DNA from: an uncultured Actinomycetes bacterium
Lineage (GTDB): Bacteria > Actinomycetota > UBA4738 > HRBIN12
Assembly: GCA_963710985.1 (NCBI GenBank)
Contig: CAVQCI010000003.1
Coordinates: 682,959 to 746,958 of the forward strand
Direction: 5' to 3'
Length of the DNA: 64,000 nucleotides
Part shown: positions 19,901-30,925 of the stretch, in pieces
Numbering within the stretch: the stretch's first letter is position 1
Layout: the number at the start of each line of letters is the position of its first letter
The notes under the pieces: model-generated
The model's database searches: none
What the model saw: only the letters and a program-made list of their open reading frames with translations
Told to the model about the DNA's origin: nothing
Program-made: the position numbers and the translations under genes

Positions 19901-21064
19901 TCAGGCGTGCGCGCCGGTGAGGGTGCGGCGGAACAGGATCGTCGCGCCCACGATCAGGACGGTCGCGTAGACCGCAAGCACGACGAGCTTGCCCGCGACC
20001 TCGGCGGGGGTCGCTCCGGCCATCGCGTCGTCGAGCGCTTGGATCGCCCACGCGTGCGGTGTGAGGTGGGCGATCCGCTCCATCACGGGCGGGAAGATCT
20101 CGAGCGGGACCATCGCGCCGCCGAGCGCCGCGAGGCCGAGGCCGAGGAACACGCCGAGCGCGCCCGCCTGCTGCTCGTTGTGCAGCACCGCGCCCATCAG
20201 CATCGCGGCGCCGGTGGCGGTCGCGGCCAGGAGCGCGATCGTGAGCCCGGTGGTTGCGAGGTCGCCCCATGAGACACGGAACAGCAGGGCGGTGCCGAGC
20301 ACGATCAACACCGCCTGCAGCAGCGCGATCGCGTAGCGGCCGAGCCCCTCGCCGAGCAGGATGTCGCGCACCGGCGTGGGTGTGGCGAGCATCCGCCGCG
20401 AACAACCGAGGCGGCGGGACTCGATCAGCATCGACGCAGCCGACAGCGAGGTGACGAACACGAACAGGACCAGTTCCTGGGCTGCGCCGTTCGAGATCGT
20501 GTACGTGTCCTCGCCGGCGCCGGCTACCGAGGACGACACCGCGACCGCGGGCACCGCCCTGGCCGCCGCCTGCGCAGCAGCGTACGCGGCCGTGAAGTCG
20601 GGCTGGCGTCCTTCGGCGACGGCAACCCGGGCAGCGCGCACCGCGACCCCCTGCTCGTCGACGACCGAGGCGACCGTCAGCCGCAGCTGCTCCCCGCCGC
20701 TGCTCGGACGCGCTGCGTAGTCGAGCGGGACCGTCTCGCCGGCGCGGACGCGGGCGTCGTACCCGTCGGGGATCACGAGCCCGCCCTCGAGCCGGCCGCG
20801 CTCGACGGCTTCGCGGAGCGTCGTCGCGTCGGTGTAGGTCACGACGGACAGGTCGGTGGTCGCATCGAGGCGTCGCACGAGGTCCTGCCCGAGGGCGCCG
20901 GCGCCCGTTTCGACGACGCCGAGCTTCGGCGTCGAGGCCTCCCCGAACGTCGCGCCCAGCGCGAGGATGATCAGGAACGGGAACACGAACACGAAGAACA
21001 CCGAGGTCCGGTCGCGGACGAGGCGGCGGAGGTTCATCCCGGCGATCGCGGCCGCGGAGCGCAT
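19901..21064 (-). CDS. ABC-2 type transporter permease
   Basis: Intact 387-aa ORF. N-terminal LRRLVRDRTSVFFVFVFPFLIIL, a large loop, then 5 C-terminal TM helices, which is ABC-2 topology. Confidence 0.75.
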   Translation of the reverse strand: MRSAAAIAGMNLRRLVRDRTSVFFVFVFPFLIILALGATFGEASTPKLGVVETGAGALGQDLVRRLDATTDLSVVTYTDATTLREAVERGRLEGGLVIPDGYDARVRAGETVPLDYAARPSSGGEQLRLTVASVVDEQGVAVRAARVAVAEGRQPDFTAAYAAAQAAARAVPAVAVSSSVAGAGEDTYTISNGAAQELVLFVFVTSLSAASMLIESRRLGCSRRMLATPTPVRDILLGEGLGRYAIALLQAVLIVLGTALLFRVSWGDLATTGLTIALLAATATGAAMLMGAVLHNEQQAGALGVFLGLGLAALGGAMVPLEIFPPVMERIAHLTPHAWAIQALDDAMAGATPAEVAGKLVVLAVYATVLIVGATILFRRTLTGAHA

Positions 21065-21065
21065 C

Positions 21066-22241
21066 TCAGACCTCCACCAGCCGCGCGGCGCGGCGCCACG
21101 CCACCGCGGCGCAGACCGCGCCGATCGCGAGCGTGCCGAGGATCGCGGGGATCGCCGCGGAGGCGGGGTCGCCCGACGCGAGCCGTTCGAACCCTTCCAT
21201 CAGCCAGCCCTGCGGGGAGAGGAACCGCATCGCGGCGAGCACCCCGGGCGCCTGCGAGATCGGGAAGAACGTGCCGCCGAGTAACCCGCCGACGACCGCG
21301 ACGATCGACGTGTACGAGCCCGCCTGCGCGGGCGTGTGCGCCAGAGTGGTGACGAGCGCGGTGACCCCGACCGCGCACAGGACCCCGCTCAGCACGAGCA
21401 GCGCGACGCCGAACGGCGCGCCCCAGCCGGCGTTCAGGAGCAGCGTGCTCGCCACGACCAACAGGGTGGTCGCCACGAGCCCCACCGCGAAGCTCGCGAA
21501 CGCCTTGCCGAGCAGGATCGCGGGCGGCGGGACCGGGGCCACGAGCAGCCGCGCGAGCGTGCCGTCCTGCCGCTCCTCCAAAAGCCCACGCACGCCGAAC
21601 TCGACCGTGAAGAACAGGAAGAACACCGCCATCCCGATCGCGAAGAACGTGGTGGCGGAGTAGGTCTTGGACGAGGTGCGGTCATCGACCACCTCGGCGG
21701 CCGGGGGCGTCGCCTGCGCCTTCCCTTGCAACGCGGCGAGCTGGGCCGGCGTGGCGCCCGGCGGCGCCGCGACCGCGATCGCCACCGAGATCGCGTCGAG
21801 CTGGCTCGCGAACGAGCGCGCGAACGAGGTCGCGACGAGGCCGCCGATCGACGAGAACGGAGCGGTCAGCACGCGGAGCTGCACGCCCGCGCCGCGCTGG
21901 ACGCTCGCCGTGAACCCCTGCGGGAACACGAACGCGGCGTCGATCGCGCCGTCCCTGGCCTGCTGCTCCGCTTCGTCGACGGTGCCCACGGTGCGCACGG
22001 TCGCGAAGTCGAGCCCCCCGAGCGCCTCGCGGAAGTGGGCGGGGAGCGCACCGCCGTCGAGGTCGACGATCCCGAACGTCGCGGAGAAGGCCTTGGTGTC
22101 GGCGCCGCCGAGCGTGAGGGCGAAGATGCCCGCGAGCGCGAACGGGAGCACGATCGCCACCAGGATCGCCGTCCGGTCGCGGAGGCGTCGCAGGAGGTCC
22201 TTCGACGCGATCGCGCGTGCGGCGCGGCCGGTCGACGCCAT
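21066..22241 (-). CDS. ABC-2 type transporter permease
   Basis: Intact 391-aa ORF with the same architecture (DLLRRLRDRTAILVAIVLPFALAGIF). Its stop lies 1 nt from the downstream permease start. Confidence 0.75.
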   Translation of the reverse strand: MASTGRAARAIASKDLLRRLRDRTAILVAIVLPFALAGIFALTLGGADTKAFSATFGIVDLDGGALPAHFREALGGLDFATVRTVGTVDEAEQQARDGAIDAAFVFPQGFTASVQRGAGVQLRVLTAPFSSIGGLVATSFARSFASQLDAISVAIAVAAPPGATPAQLAALQGKAQATPPAAEVVDDRTSSKTYSATTFFAIGMAVFFLFFTVEFGVRGLLEERQDGTLARLLVAPVPPPAILLGKAFASFAVGLVATTLLVVASTLLLNAGWGAPFGVALLVLSGVLCAVGVTALVTTLAHTPAQAGSYTSIVAVVGGLLGGTFFPISQAPGVLAAMRFLSPQGWLMEGFERLASGDPASAAIPAILGTLAIGAVCAAVAWRRAARLVEV

Positions 22242-22244
22242 CGC

Positions 22245-23191
<947 letters not shown>

Positions 23192-23192
<1 letters not shown>

Positions 23193-24811
23193 CAGGCTCC
23201 CCGTTCCCGCTCCCGTAGCTCGACGCGGCGGATCTTGCCGCTGACGGTCTTCGGGAGCTCCTCGACGAACTCGATCTCGCGCGGGTACTTGTACGGAGCC
23301 GTCTCCCGCTTGCAGTGCTCCTGGAGCTCGCGGGCCAGCTCGTCGGACGCCTCCCACCCGCCGACCAGCGTGACGAAGGCCTTCACGATCTCGCCGCGTA
23401 AGGGGTCGGGCTTGCCGACCACGGCGGCCTCCGCCACGGCCGGGTGCGACACGAGCGCCGACTCCACCTCGAACGGACCGATCCGGTACGCGCTCGACGT
23501 GATCACATCGTCCGCGCGCCCGACGAACCAGAGGTATCCGTCCTCGTCGCGCACCGCCCGATCCCCGGTGAAGTAGTGGCCGCCGCGGAACACCGCGGCT
23601 GTGGCGTCGGGATTCCGCCAGTACTCCGCGAACAGACCGACCGGACGCTCGGGCTCGACGCGGACCGCGATGTGCCCCTCCTCACCCGCTGGGAGCGGTA
23701 CGCCGTCGTCGTCGACGACGTCCACCTCGAACCCCGGCGCGGGCTTGCCCATCGAGCCTTGGCGGATCGGGACGCACGGGTAGTTCGCGACGATGTTGAC
23801 GGTCTCGGTCTGCCCGTAGCCGTCGTGGATCGTGCGGCCGGTGGCCGCCGTCCACACGTCGATCACCTCCGGGTTCAGCGGCTCGCCCGCCGACACCACG
23901 TGGCGCAAGCTCGTCAGGTCGAACCGCGAGAGGTCCAGCAGCACCAGCTGACGGAAGACGGTCGGCGGCGCGCAGAAGGTCGTGATCCGATGCTCGGCGA
24001 TCGCCGCGAGCAGCCGCTCGAAGTCAGGCTTGCCGCGCTGGTCCCACAGCACGACCGCGGCGCCCATCCGCCACTGGCCGTAGAGGGCGCCCCAGGCGGC
24101 CTTCGCCCATCCTGTGTCCGACACGGTCCAGTGCACGTCGCCGGGGCCGAGGTCCTGCCAGAAGCGCGCGGTGATCTCGTGGCCGACCCCGTAGGACGCG
24201 TGGGTGTGGAGCACCATCTTGGGCATCCCGGTGGTGCCGGACGTGAAGTACAGCAACAGCGGGTCATCTGCTCGGGTGGCGACCCCGGGCGGGGTGTCGG
24301 CGGCCGCCTCGAGCAGGTCGTCCCACACGCGCCAGGAGCCGTCCGGCGGATCGGGGTCGATCGAGGCGGCGAGCTTGAGCGCCAGGCCGGCCTCCGCGAC
24401 GCGCGCAGCGCCCTCGGCGTCGGTCACCGCGGCCACCGCCTCCGCTTGCCCGATCCGGTACGCGATGTCGTGGGCGGTGAGCAGCGTGGTGCCAGGCATC
24501 GGCACCGCGCCGAGGAGATGGCAGCCGAGCACGACCTCGTGCCAGGCCGGCACCCGTGGCAGCATCACGAACACCCGGTCGCCCGCGCCGATCCCCTGGG
24601 CGGCGAGCGCGTTCGCGGCTCGGTGGGCGCGCCGCAACAGCTCGGCGAAGGTGATCCGGCGCTCGCCGCCGTCCTGGTCCACGGCGACGACGGCGATCCG
24701 ATCGGGCTCGCGCGCCGCCCACTTCCCGACGATGTCGCGCACCGCGTTGAAGCGTTCGGGGACCTCGAGACGGAAGCTCCGACGGGTCCCCTCGTAATCG
24801 GTCATGCGCAT
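23192..24811 (-). CDS. AMP-forming acyl-CoA synthetase (medium-chain/ACSM-like)
   Basis: ATG 24811 (MRMTDYEG...). Blocks: YFTSGTTGMPKMV, DGYGQTE, YFTGDRAVRDEDGYLWFVGRADD, PKTVSGKIRR. Confidence 0.85.
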
Positions 24812-24894
24812 GGCCGGTGTGCCCTCCGTCCGCCATCCTCGCGCGACCGTGTCGCAGGCCCACGGGCCGAACGTCGGGGTTCGGGCGGGTCGGC

Positions 24895-24900
24895 TAGGGT
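24895..24900 (+). promoter_or_regulatory. -10-like hexamer TAGGGT, 8 nt upstream of GTG 24909 (possible leaderless transcript)
   Basis: cggcTAGGGTgtccgccgGTG, with no SD in the gap. Confidence 0.3.
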
Positions 24901-24908
24901 GTCCGCCG

Positions 24909-26165
24909 GTGGGAACCGTCAGCGGGGAGCGGCTGCTGGTGGTCGGCGGCGGCCTCGTCGGCCTCTCGTGCGCGTGGTTCCTGCGCGATGCCGGGTTCGA
25001 GGTCGTAGTGCTCGAGCGCGGAGCGCCCGGAGGCGGCGCCTCTCGGGGGAACGCGGGGGCGATCTGTCCGTCGATGGCCGAGCCGTTGCCGGCGCCCGGG
25101 ATGATCCGCCACGCGCTCGCGAACCTCACCCGTCCGGACGCGGCGCTGCACGTGCACCCCACGTACGCCCCGCGGATGGCGCGGTTCCTCCGCTGGTTCC
25201 GCCAGGCCGCGACCCAGGAGCGCTTCGATACCGGGCTCACGGCGCTGGCCCAGCTCGCGCGCGATGCGACCGACGCCTACGACGCGCTCGCCGCCGCCGG
25301 CGTCGGCAGGTTCGCGAGGCGTACCGGCTACGTGCTCGCGCACACGTCGTGGTCCGCGGCCGAGGAGGAGCGCGCCGCGATCGCGCGGATGGCGGCGCTG
25401 GATCTGTGCGCCCCGCCGAGCGAGGTCCTCGACGGCGAGGACGTCCGCGAGCTCGAGCCGATCCTCTCCGATGCGGTCCGCGCCGGCGTCTTCCTGCCGG
25501 AGGAACGGTCGATCGACCCGTCGCTGTTCGTCGACGAGCTGGCGGCGGCGCTCCGCGAACGCGGGGTCGAGCTCCGTGAGGACGCCGAAGCCACCGTGGT
25601 CCGCGACTCCCGGCACGGGGTCGCCGTGGACACGGCACGCGGGACCGTCGCGGGTGACCGGGCGGTCCTCGCCGCCGGGGTGTGGACCCGCGAACTCGTT
25701 GCCCCGCTCGGGCTCTCGCTGCCGCTGTACCCGGGCAAGGGGTACAGCTTCGCGGTCCGACCCGAGGCGATGCCGACCCACGTGCTCTCGTTCGGCGACG
25801 CGCATGTGATGGCCACGCCGATGGACGGCCGGCTCCGCGTCGCCGGCACGATGGAGTTCGACGGGACGACCGACCGGTTCAACGGTCGTCGTGTCGAGGC
25901 GATCTTCCGGGCGCTCGCGCCGTTCGTGCAGGGCGTGGACCTCTCGGAGCGCGGCGAGGAGTGGGTGGGACCGCGCCCGATCACCCCCGACGGGCTGCCG
26001 TTCCTCGGGCCGGTGCCCGGACACGAGCGCGTCGTGGTCGCGACCGGGCACAACATGCTGGGGCTGACGCTGGGGCCGGCGACCGGCCGCGCGGTGGCGT
26101 CGTTGCTCGCGGACGGCGACGCCGGGATCGACCTCGCGCCGTTCGCGCCGGCCCGCTACGGCTGA
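24909..26165 (+). CDS. FAD-dependent D-amino-acid dehydrogenase-like oxidoreductase
   Basis: GTG 24909. Blocks: LLVVGGGLVGLSCAWFL, GASRGNAG, YPGKGYS, ATGHNMLGLTLGPATG (DadA-like order). Confidence 0.7.
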   Translation: MGTVSGERLLVVGGGLVGLSCAWFLRDAGFEVVVLERGAPGGGASRGNAGAICPSMAEPLPAPGMIRHALANLTRPDAALHVHPTYAPRMARFLRWFRQAATQERFDTGLTALAQLARDATDAYDALAAAGVGRFARRTGYVLAHTSWSAAEEERAAIARMAALDLCAPPSEVLDGEDVRELEPILSDAVRAGVFLPEERSIDPSLFVDELAAALRERGVELREDAEATVVRDSRHGVAVDTARGTVAGDRAVLAAGVWTRELVAPLGLSLPLYPGKGYSFAVRPEAMPTHVLSFGDAHVMATPMDGRLRVAGTMEFDGTTDRFNGRRVEAIFRALAPFVQGVDLSERGEEWVGPRPITPDGLPFLGPVPGHERVVVATGHNMLGLTLGPATGRAVASLLADGDAGIDLAPFAPARYG

Positions 26166-26178
26166 GCGAGCGGAGCGC

Positions 26179-27327
26179 TCAGAGGACGGCGGTCTCGACG
26201 ACCAGGTCGCCCTCGGCGAACCGCGACGGGCGGAGCGGCCGCAGGTCGAAGGTGTCGCAGGCGCCGTCTGCGAGCAGCTCGGCCACGGCACGGCCGGCCG
26301 CCGGCGCATGCATCACGCCGTGTCCGCCGAAGCCGGCGGCGTGCACGAGCCCCGGCACGGCCGGGTCCCAGCCGACGATCGCGTGGTGGTCCGGGGTCTC
26401 CGGGTACAGACCCGCCCAGCACCGGGCCGCGTCCAGCGGCAGCTCCGCCAAGAACGGGAACCGCCCGGGGATCCGCGCGGCGAGGTCCTCGAAGAACGCG
26501 GGGTCCACCGTCGTGTCGCGCCCCGGAGGGTCGTCGGGGTTGGAGTAGGCCGCCACCCAGCCGCCGCGCGCCTCGCGCCGTACGAGCACGCCGGTGTCGA
26601 CGTCGACGAGCATCGGGGTCAGCGCGCGCTCGCGCGGGTCCAGGAACAGCGCGAGGTTGCGCCGCACCGGCTCGACCGGCACGTCGGCGCCGGCGAGCCT
26701 GGCCACCGTGCGCGCCTCGGCGCCCGCCGCGTTCACGATCACGTCGGCGCGCAGCGCGCCGCCCGCGTGCGTGACCTCCCATCGGCCCCCGTCGCGCGCG
26801 AGCGCCGAGACGGCGGCGCCGGTGCGGACGTCGGCGCCGAGCGACCGTGCCTCGCGGTCGAGGGCCGCCACCGCCCCGGCGGGATCGAGGTATCCGTCGC
26901 GGGCGTGGAAGGTGGCGCCGCGCAGACCGTCGAGCCGGACCTCCGGAGCGATCGTCGCCACCTCGTCGGGCTCGAGCCACCGTGTGTCGACCCCCAGCTC
27001 GCGCTGCAGGGCCATCGCCGCGTGGAGCCCGCGTTCCCCGCTGTCGGTCCCGGTCATCAGCAGGTAGCCGGTCTGGTGCATCGAGAGCAGGCCGGTCGCG
27101 CGCTCGAGGGCCTCGAACTCGCCGATCGAGAACAGCGAGAACGCGATGTTGGGCGCGGTGGTGAACTGCGCGCGGAACCCACCGTTGGCACGCGCGGACG
27201 AGCCGTGCCCGACCGCGGGCTCGGCCTCGAGCACGACGACGTCCACGTCGCGCCGCCGCAGGGCACAGGCGCATGCCAGCCCGATCACGCCGCCGCCGAT
27301 CACGGCGGCCGACACGCGTTCGGTCAC
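26179..27327 (-). CDS. FAD-dependent oxidoreductase (sarcosine oxidase beta / glycine oxidase-like)
   Basis: Intact 382-aa ORF. Blocks: AAVIGGGVIGLACA, GHGSSARANGGFR, AAGFGGHGVMHAPAAG. Confidence 0.7.
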   Translation of the reverse strand: MTERVSAAVIGGGVIGLACACALRRRDVDVVVLEAEPAVGHGSSARANGGFRAQFTTAPNIAFSLFSIGEFEALERATGLLSMHQTGYLLMTGTDSGERGLHAAMALQRELGVDTRWLEPDEVATIAPEVRLDGLRGATFHARDGYLDPAGAVAALDREARSLGADVRTGAAVSALARDGGRWEVTHAGGALRADVIVNAAGAEARTVARLAGADVPVEPVRRNLALFLDPRERALTPMLVDVDTGVLVRREARGGWVAAYSNPDDPPGRDTTVDPAFFEDLAARIPGRFPFLAELPLDAARCWAGLYPETPDHHAIVGWDPAVPGLVHAAGFGGHGVMHAPAAGRAVAELLADGACDTFDLRPLRPSRFAEGDLVVETAVL

Positions 27328-27351
27328 GGCGTCATGCTCGCAGGCGCGCGA

Positions 27352-27828
27352 TCACGAACGCCCGCGGTTCCACGCCTCGATCAACTGCGCGAACCGGACC
27401 GGCTCGTTCGCGAACAGGTCCGAAGCCTCCACCCGGACGGACTCGGTCTGGCTGCCGGCGGCGAACACCACGGGGCCGTGACCCTTGACCTCGAGGTCGA
27501 CGTACACGTCGATCCCGAGCAGCCGGGGCAACGGCGGCAGCGACCCGAGCTCGAACCCGCCGAAGTCCCGCGTCAGCTCCCCCTCGTTCGCGAGCGCAGC
27601 CTCGGGGTCGTCGACGGCCTCTTGGACGAGATCCATGTCCAGCCGCTCGCCCGCAGGGAGCACCACCGCGATGTGCTCGCCGCGCGAGTCGAGGATCACC
27701 GTCTTGAGCACCGCGTCCGCCTCGATCCCGAGCGCGCGCGCCTCGTCGATGCCGGTGAAAGCCCGGTGGTGGGAAAGCACCTCGAAGGCGATCCCCTCGG
27801 ATGCCAGGTGGTCGGTGACGGTCGACAT
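27352..27828 (-). CDS. YbaK/EbsC-type aminoacyl-tRNA deacylase domain protein
   Basis: ATG 27828 (Met 22 of ORF 27352..27891). MSTVTDHLASEGIAFEVLSH...AVLKTVIL...GSLPPLP fits the YbaK fold pattern. Confidence 0.65.
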   Translation of the reverse strand: MSTVTDHLASEGIAFEVLSHHRAFTGIDEARALGIEADAVLKTVILDSRGEHIAVVLPAGERLDMDLVQEAVDDPEAALANEGELTRDFGGFELGSLPPLPRLLGIDVYVDLEVKGHGPVVFAAGSQTESVRVEASDLFANEPVRFAQLIEAWNRGRS

Positions 27829-27956
27829 CGGAACACCCCCTCGTTCGTTGCTCGCACCGTCATCCTCGCCGAGCATCGCGCGGCGGTCCACCCCCCTACC
27901 GGCCCTGTTCGCGGGGGACGACCGGGTCGTAGGGTCGGCACGGAAGACGGGGTCGG

Positions 27957-28727
27957 GTGCGAGCGACGGTCGGGACGAGCGGGTGGGTCTACCCGGACTG
28001 GCGCGGGGCGTTCTATCCGCGCGGGTTGCCTCAACGTGACTGGCTCCCGTGGTTCGCCGAACGGTTCCCGACGGTGGAGGTGAACGCGTCCTTCTATGCT
28101 CTCCCGGCCCCGGCGACGTTCGCGAGATGGCGTGAGGCGACGCCCGAGGGGTTCACGTTCGCGGTGAAGGCGAGCCGTTACGTCACCCACATCCGTCGGC
28201 TGCGCGACGCCGAGGCGCCGGTCGCGACGTTCTGGGAGCGCGCGCTGGCGCTCGGCGACAAGCTCGGACCCGTCCTGTTCCAGCTGCCGCCGGGGTTCGT
28301 TGCCGACGTCGGACTGCTCCACGCGTTCCTGCAGACGCTGCCGCGGCAGATGCGGGCGGCGTTCGAGTTCCGCGACGCGTCGTGGGACACCGAGGAGGTC
28401 CGGACGGCGCTCGACGCGGTGGACGCCGCGTGGGTGCTCGCCGACCGGCCGGGATGGCGCGTGCCGCTCCACGTCACCGGCGGGTGGTCTTACGTCCGGT
28501 TCCACCAGGGCACCAGGTCGGCGCCCGGTTACCCACGCGCCAAGCTCCGCCGGTGGGCCGACCGGATCGCGGGCCTGCCGGCCGACCGCACGTTCGTCTA
28601 CTTCAACAACGACCAGGGCGGCGCGGCGACGGAGGACGCGCGGTCGCTCGCCGACCTCCTTGCGGAACGCGGTGTGACGATGCCCGCCGTGGGCGGCGAG
28701 GCGGTTCGTCAGAACTCGGGGCGCTGA
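27957..28727 (+). CDS. DUF72 (UPF0759/YecE-like) protein
   Basis: Intact 256-aa ORF. Blocks: VGTSGWVYPDWRGAFYP, FPTVEVNASFY, FAVKASRYVTH, VYFNND. Confidence 0.8.
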   Translation: MRATVGTSGWVYPDWRGAFYPRGLPQRDWLPWFAERFPTVEVNASFYALPAPATFARWREATPEGFTFAVKASRYVTHIRRLRDAEAPVATFWERALALGDKLGPVLFQLPPGFVADVGLLHAFLQTLPRQMRAAFEFRDASWDTEEVRTALDAVDAAWVLADRPGWRVPLHVTGGWSYVRFHQGTRSAPGYPRAKLRRWADRIAGLPADRTFVYFNNDQGGAATEDARSLADLLAERGVTMPAVGGEAVRQNSGR

Positions 28728-29634
28728 CCGAGCAGCACGGTGATGCCGGCGGCGATCGCGAGCAGCACGGCCGCGATCACGAACAGGGCCGCCGAGTTGC
28801 TGATCTTCAGCTGGGTCGACAGCTGCGTGCCGAGCTGCGTGTAGACCGTGTTCAGCTCCGTGGACGACGCCGCGCTGAACGACGTCGCCCCGGTCTTGTC
28901 GGCGATGTCTTGGAGCAGGCCGGCGTTCGCGGAGCCCTTGGAGGAGGATCCGTCGTCCCGAGCACCACGGTGTAGACGGGCACACCCTTCGCGGCGGCGT
29001 CCTGTGCCGCCTGCTCGGGCGGCGTCGAGCTCCCGGTGTCGCGCCCGTCGGAGAGCAGCACGATCGCCGAAGGCCGCTGGCCGTTCGCGTTCCAGTCCTG
29101 CTGGATCTGGCCGAGCGACGCGCGCAGCCCGTCGCCGATCACCGTTCCCGTGCCACCGGCAAGGCCCAGCGCGTTCAGCGCGTCGTTCACCTGCTGGTGG
29201 TCCTGGACGGGCGGCGTAACGACCGTGGCGTCGTCGGCGAACGTCACCAGCCCGACCGGGTAGTCCGCGGGAAGCTGCGCGAGGAACGTGCGAGCGGCCG
29301 CCACCGCAGCGTCGAGCCGGCTGGGGCTCACGTCCTTCTGGTTCATCGACCGTGAGACGTCCATCGTGAGGATCACCGTCCCGGGCTTGCCCGTCTGCGT
29401 CAGCCGGAACTGCGCGAGCGCCGCGACCAGACATGCGACCGCACCGATCAGCAGCACGATCGGCAGGTGACGCTTCCAGCGCGCCTGCGGCCGTCGGACG
29501 TAGCGCTGCGCGCCCTTCTTCCCCTTGCCCTTGGCCTTCGTGCGCTGACGTTCGCTGGCGCCGAGCACCAGGTAGACGGCGGCGACGAGCCCGACGACGA
29601 GCAGGATCGACAGGAGCGTGGCCGAGCTGAACAT
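28709..29634 (-). pseudogene. Membrane-anchored von Willebrand factor A (BatA-like) protein, one frame break
   Basis: N-terminal TMs plus a vWA MIDAS (ILTMDVSRSM, GGTGTVIGDGL, IVLLSDGRDT) in ORF 28852..29634. The C-terminus DGSSSKGSANAGLLQDIADKTGATSF...TM...GQRPEF* lies in the frame of ORF 28709..29434. Break ~28950-28960. Confidence 0.7.
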
Positions 29635-29769
29635 CGCGCCTACGGTACGGCAGCAGGGGGGTCGCGCCTACGACCGAACGACCGCACCGGTGGGACCGGA
29701 GGTCGTCCCCGCTTGACGCGAGCGTCGGCGGTCGTGAAGGCTTCGCGGGTCAAGCCGAGGAGGCCGACG

Positions 29770-30888
29770 ATGCTCGAAGAGACCGACGTCCGACCCAAGA
29801 TCCATCCCGGGCTGCCCGCCCGCGACTACCACGCCGAGGAAGTCTGGGAACGCGAACGCGACACGGTCTTCGCGGTGGAGTGGTGCTGCGTCGGTCGCGC
29901 CGAGGAGCTGCCGAGCGCGGGGGACTTCATCACGCGGGATCTGGCCGGTGAAAGCGTCCTCGTGGTCCGGGGCAAGGACGACGTCGCCCGCGCCTTCTAC
30001 AACGTGTGTCGTCACCGGGGTTCGGTCCTGCGCGAGGAGCCGTCGGGCAACACCAAGGGCGCGTTCGTGTGTCCGTACCACGCCTGGGCGTACGACCTGC
30101 AGGGCGCGCTCGTGGGCACACCGAACGTCCGCGCCTCCGACGGACTCGACCGATCGGCCTACGGGCTGCGGGCGATCGCGTGCGAGATCTGGGAGGGCTT
30201 CGTCTTCGTGAACCAGGCGCCGGCGCCGATCCCGCTGCTCGACCAGCTCGCGATCGAGCCCGACGGCCCGCTCGACTACGCCCGCTACCGCCTCGGCGAG
30301 CTCCGACTCGGCCAGCGCATCGTCTACGAGGTCGAGGCGAACTGGAAGATCCTGCACGACAACTACAACGAGTGCCTGCACTGCCCGTCGGTCCACCCGG
30401 AGCTCACGCACCTCGTGCCGATCTATCGGAAGGGGCAGGTGGTCGACGGCGACCGTCCGGACCTCGGCGCCACGCTCGACGAGGGCCTCAGCACGTTCAC
30501 GCTGTCGGGGACCTCGGACCTGCCGTTCCTGCCCGGCCTGAGCGATCTCGACTGCCGCACCTACTGGGGCTACACGGTGTTCCCGATGCTGATGGTGAAC
30601 CTGCTCTCGACGGGCGTGATGACCTACACGCTGTACCCGCGCTCGCCCGGACACACCACGGTCGTCTCGGACTACCTGTTCCGTCCCGAGACGCTCGAGG
30701 CGGGCGGGGACGCGACCGGCGCCGACATGGTCGAGTTCCTCGATCTCGTCTCGCGCCAGGACTGGGGCGTGTGCGAGCGCGCGCAGCGCGGGGTTGGGTC
30801 GAAGGGGTTCGTCCAGGGCGTGTATCCGCCGCAGGACGAACTGCTCCATCGCTTCGCCGAACGGTACGTGGCCTCGCGCGACGGCTGA
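29770..30888 (+). CDS. Rieske [2Fe-2S] non-heme-iron oxygenase alpha subunit (GbcA/choline-monooxygenase-like)
   Basis: ATG 29770 after GAGGAGG. Rieske motif CRHRG...CPYHAW. Mononuclear-iron block NYNECLHCPSVHPEL. Confidence 0.8.
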   Translation: MLEETDVRPKIHPGLPARDYHAEEVWERERDTVFAVEWCCVGRAEELPSAGDFITRDLAGESVLVVRGKDDVARAFYNVCRHRGSVLREEPSGNTKGAFVCPYHAWAYDLQGALVGTPNVRASDGLDRSAYGLRAIACEIWEGFVFVNQAPAPIPLLDQLAIEPDGPLDYARYRLGELRLGQRIVYEVEANWKILHDNYNECLHCPSVHPELTHLVPIYRKGQVVDGDRPDLGATLDEGLSTFTLSGTSDLPFLPGLSDLDCRTYWGYTVFPMLMVNLLSTGVMTYTLYPRSPGHTTVVSDYLFRPETLEAGGDATGADMVEFLDLVSRQDWGVCERAQRGVGSKGFVQGVYPPQDELLHRFAERYVASRDG

Positions 30889-30911
30889 GCGACCTCGGCC
30901 GGTCGGCCGGG

Positions 30912-30917
30912 TAGCAT
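30912..30917 (+). promoter_or_regulatory. -10-like hexamer TAGCAT, 8 nt upstream of ATG 30926 (possible leaderless transcript)
   Basis: gggTAGCATgcgccgggATG. Confidence 0.3.
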
Positions 30918-30925
30918 GCGCCGGG

